The notes under the pieces: model-generated
What the model was told of the DNA's origin: nothing
The model's input: only the letters and a program-made list of their open reading frames with translations
Databases searched by the model: none
Assembly: GCF_022045235.1 (NCBI RefSeq)
Contig: NW_027266266.1
Coordinates: 24,800,001-24,864,000, forward strand
Reading direction: 5' to 3'
Length of the DNA stretch: 64,000 nucleotides
Source: Haliotis cracherodii
Lineage: Eukaryota
Made by a program: the position numbers and the translations under genes
In this document: positions 63,081 through 64,000 of the stretch, piece after piece
Numbering within the stretch: position 1 is the stretch's first letter
Layout of the letters: each line of letters opens with the position of its first letter

Positions 63081-64000
63081 CAAGCTCCTTCCCAGCGCGT
63101 GACACCTTCGTTACACTCTCAGTAACATCGCTGCCACCAGTGTGGGCGCGGCCATTACAGGAATCTTGAAATTTGCCCTCTAACCCCAAATGTACTCAAT
63201 ATATATATATTTGTGGTGTCTTTGTGTCGAGTCAAGTGATTTATTTTGTAAAATTGTTCGTAAGAAATTGCTGTGGTATTGCGCATGAAACATATCGACA
63301 TTTGTCAGATGCAAAATTGGTTCGAGATGTCATATGAAATCAATGTTTGTTAATAGCTATATTGAAAAAAATTAACTATGAAAAATGTTAACAGTGGATA
63401 TCGAGCAAAAAACACAAAACAGAAACCACATTTGTATAAAATTTATACCCCTTGTCATGGACTATTTTGTTTACGTAGATTTTTTCTATTTACCAATGTT
63501 GTGAACAAAATATATTACTACGCTGTCACGAATTCGTCTGCTATGGACGCCTTGAGTATTTTCTATTTTGGCAATAGTCATGACAAATTTAAACCAAAAC
63601 AGCTAGAAGCATTAGAGAAAATTGCCAATTTTTCAAAAGATAAAAGAGACCTTATTGTTAATTTACCTGTTGGCTATGGTAAAAGTATTTTGTACCATTT
63701 AGCACCGTACATACTTGCCGGTATTGTAATCGTTGTCAGTCCTCTGAACATTATCCAAAATGATCAGCTTCTTCATCTGCAGAAACTCAACATACCGGCT
63801 TGCCGAATTGACGTTGAGGGCAAGGTGACTGTCTATTGTGAATGTCTTTTGTGATAGATATTGGCTAAATGAACTAGCGATTGGTGAAGTAATTATTCTA
63901 CGAAGAACCTGCCTCCGCCTCCGGTCCCGCCCACGGTCCCGCCCACGGCCCCGCCCCCAACCTCCTACCAATATCTAATAAAATCAATTTAACAAAAATA
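63081..64000 (+). mobile_element. Left end of a probable Academ (helicase-carrying) DNA transposon
   Basis: Homology to the tandem unit stops abruptly after ACAACTAT. The new sequence starts CAAGCTCCTTCCCAG, resembling Academ-type termini as I recall them, and carries a RecQ-like ORF; the right end is outside the window. Confidence 0.5.
63543..63854 (+). CDS. RecQ-like SF2 helicase N-terminal fragment (first exon or pseudogene)
   Basis: FKPKQLEAL (Q motif), LPVGYGKS (motif I), IVVSPLNIIQNDQ (motif Ia); possible donor AAG|GTGACT at 63824/63825 before the stop. Confidence 0.7.
   Translation: MDALSIFYFGNSHDKFKPKQLEALEKIANFSKDKRDLIVNLPVGYGKSILYHLAPYILAGIVIVVSPLNIIQNDQLLHLQKLNIPACRIDVEGKVTVYCECLL

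Overview
AT-rich, intron-containing invertebrate genomic DNA. The SINE families are mollusc-like, possibly abalone, but this is an inference. (1) 1396-15794, minus strand: a complete 12-exon FBXO21 gene (612 aa by my exon assembly; F-box, transglutaminase-like core, YccV/hemimethylated-DNA-binding domain). Its introns carry MITEs, a DIRS-like fragment, a 31-bp minisatellite and an 85-bp tandem repeat that multiplies the exon-4 splice acceptor six times. (2) About 18950-63080: a tandem array of five 8-12 kb units. Each holds a three-exon gene for a 101-aa protein I do not recognise (Pro-rich linker, FV[D/E]I-acidic motif, basic amphipathic C-terminus) behind a conserved E-box/TCTCGCGAGA/X-box promoter. 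Copy 2 has a nonsense mutation and copy 1 has a 472-bp-arm inverted duplication in intron 1. (3) 41281-47012: an apparently intact ISL2EU-type (PIF/Harbinger-related) DNA transposon. Its two convergent four-exon genes (THAP-DDE transposase; SWIM-YqaJ exonuclease) are interdigitated, the last exon of each lying in the last intron of the other. (4) From 63081: the left end of a probable Academ-type element with a RecQ-like helicase fragment, inserted about 32 bp from the paralogous position of the ISL2EU insertion. Exon boundaries were read by eye from GT/AG sites and frame continuity; no database searches were run.
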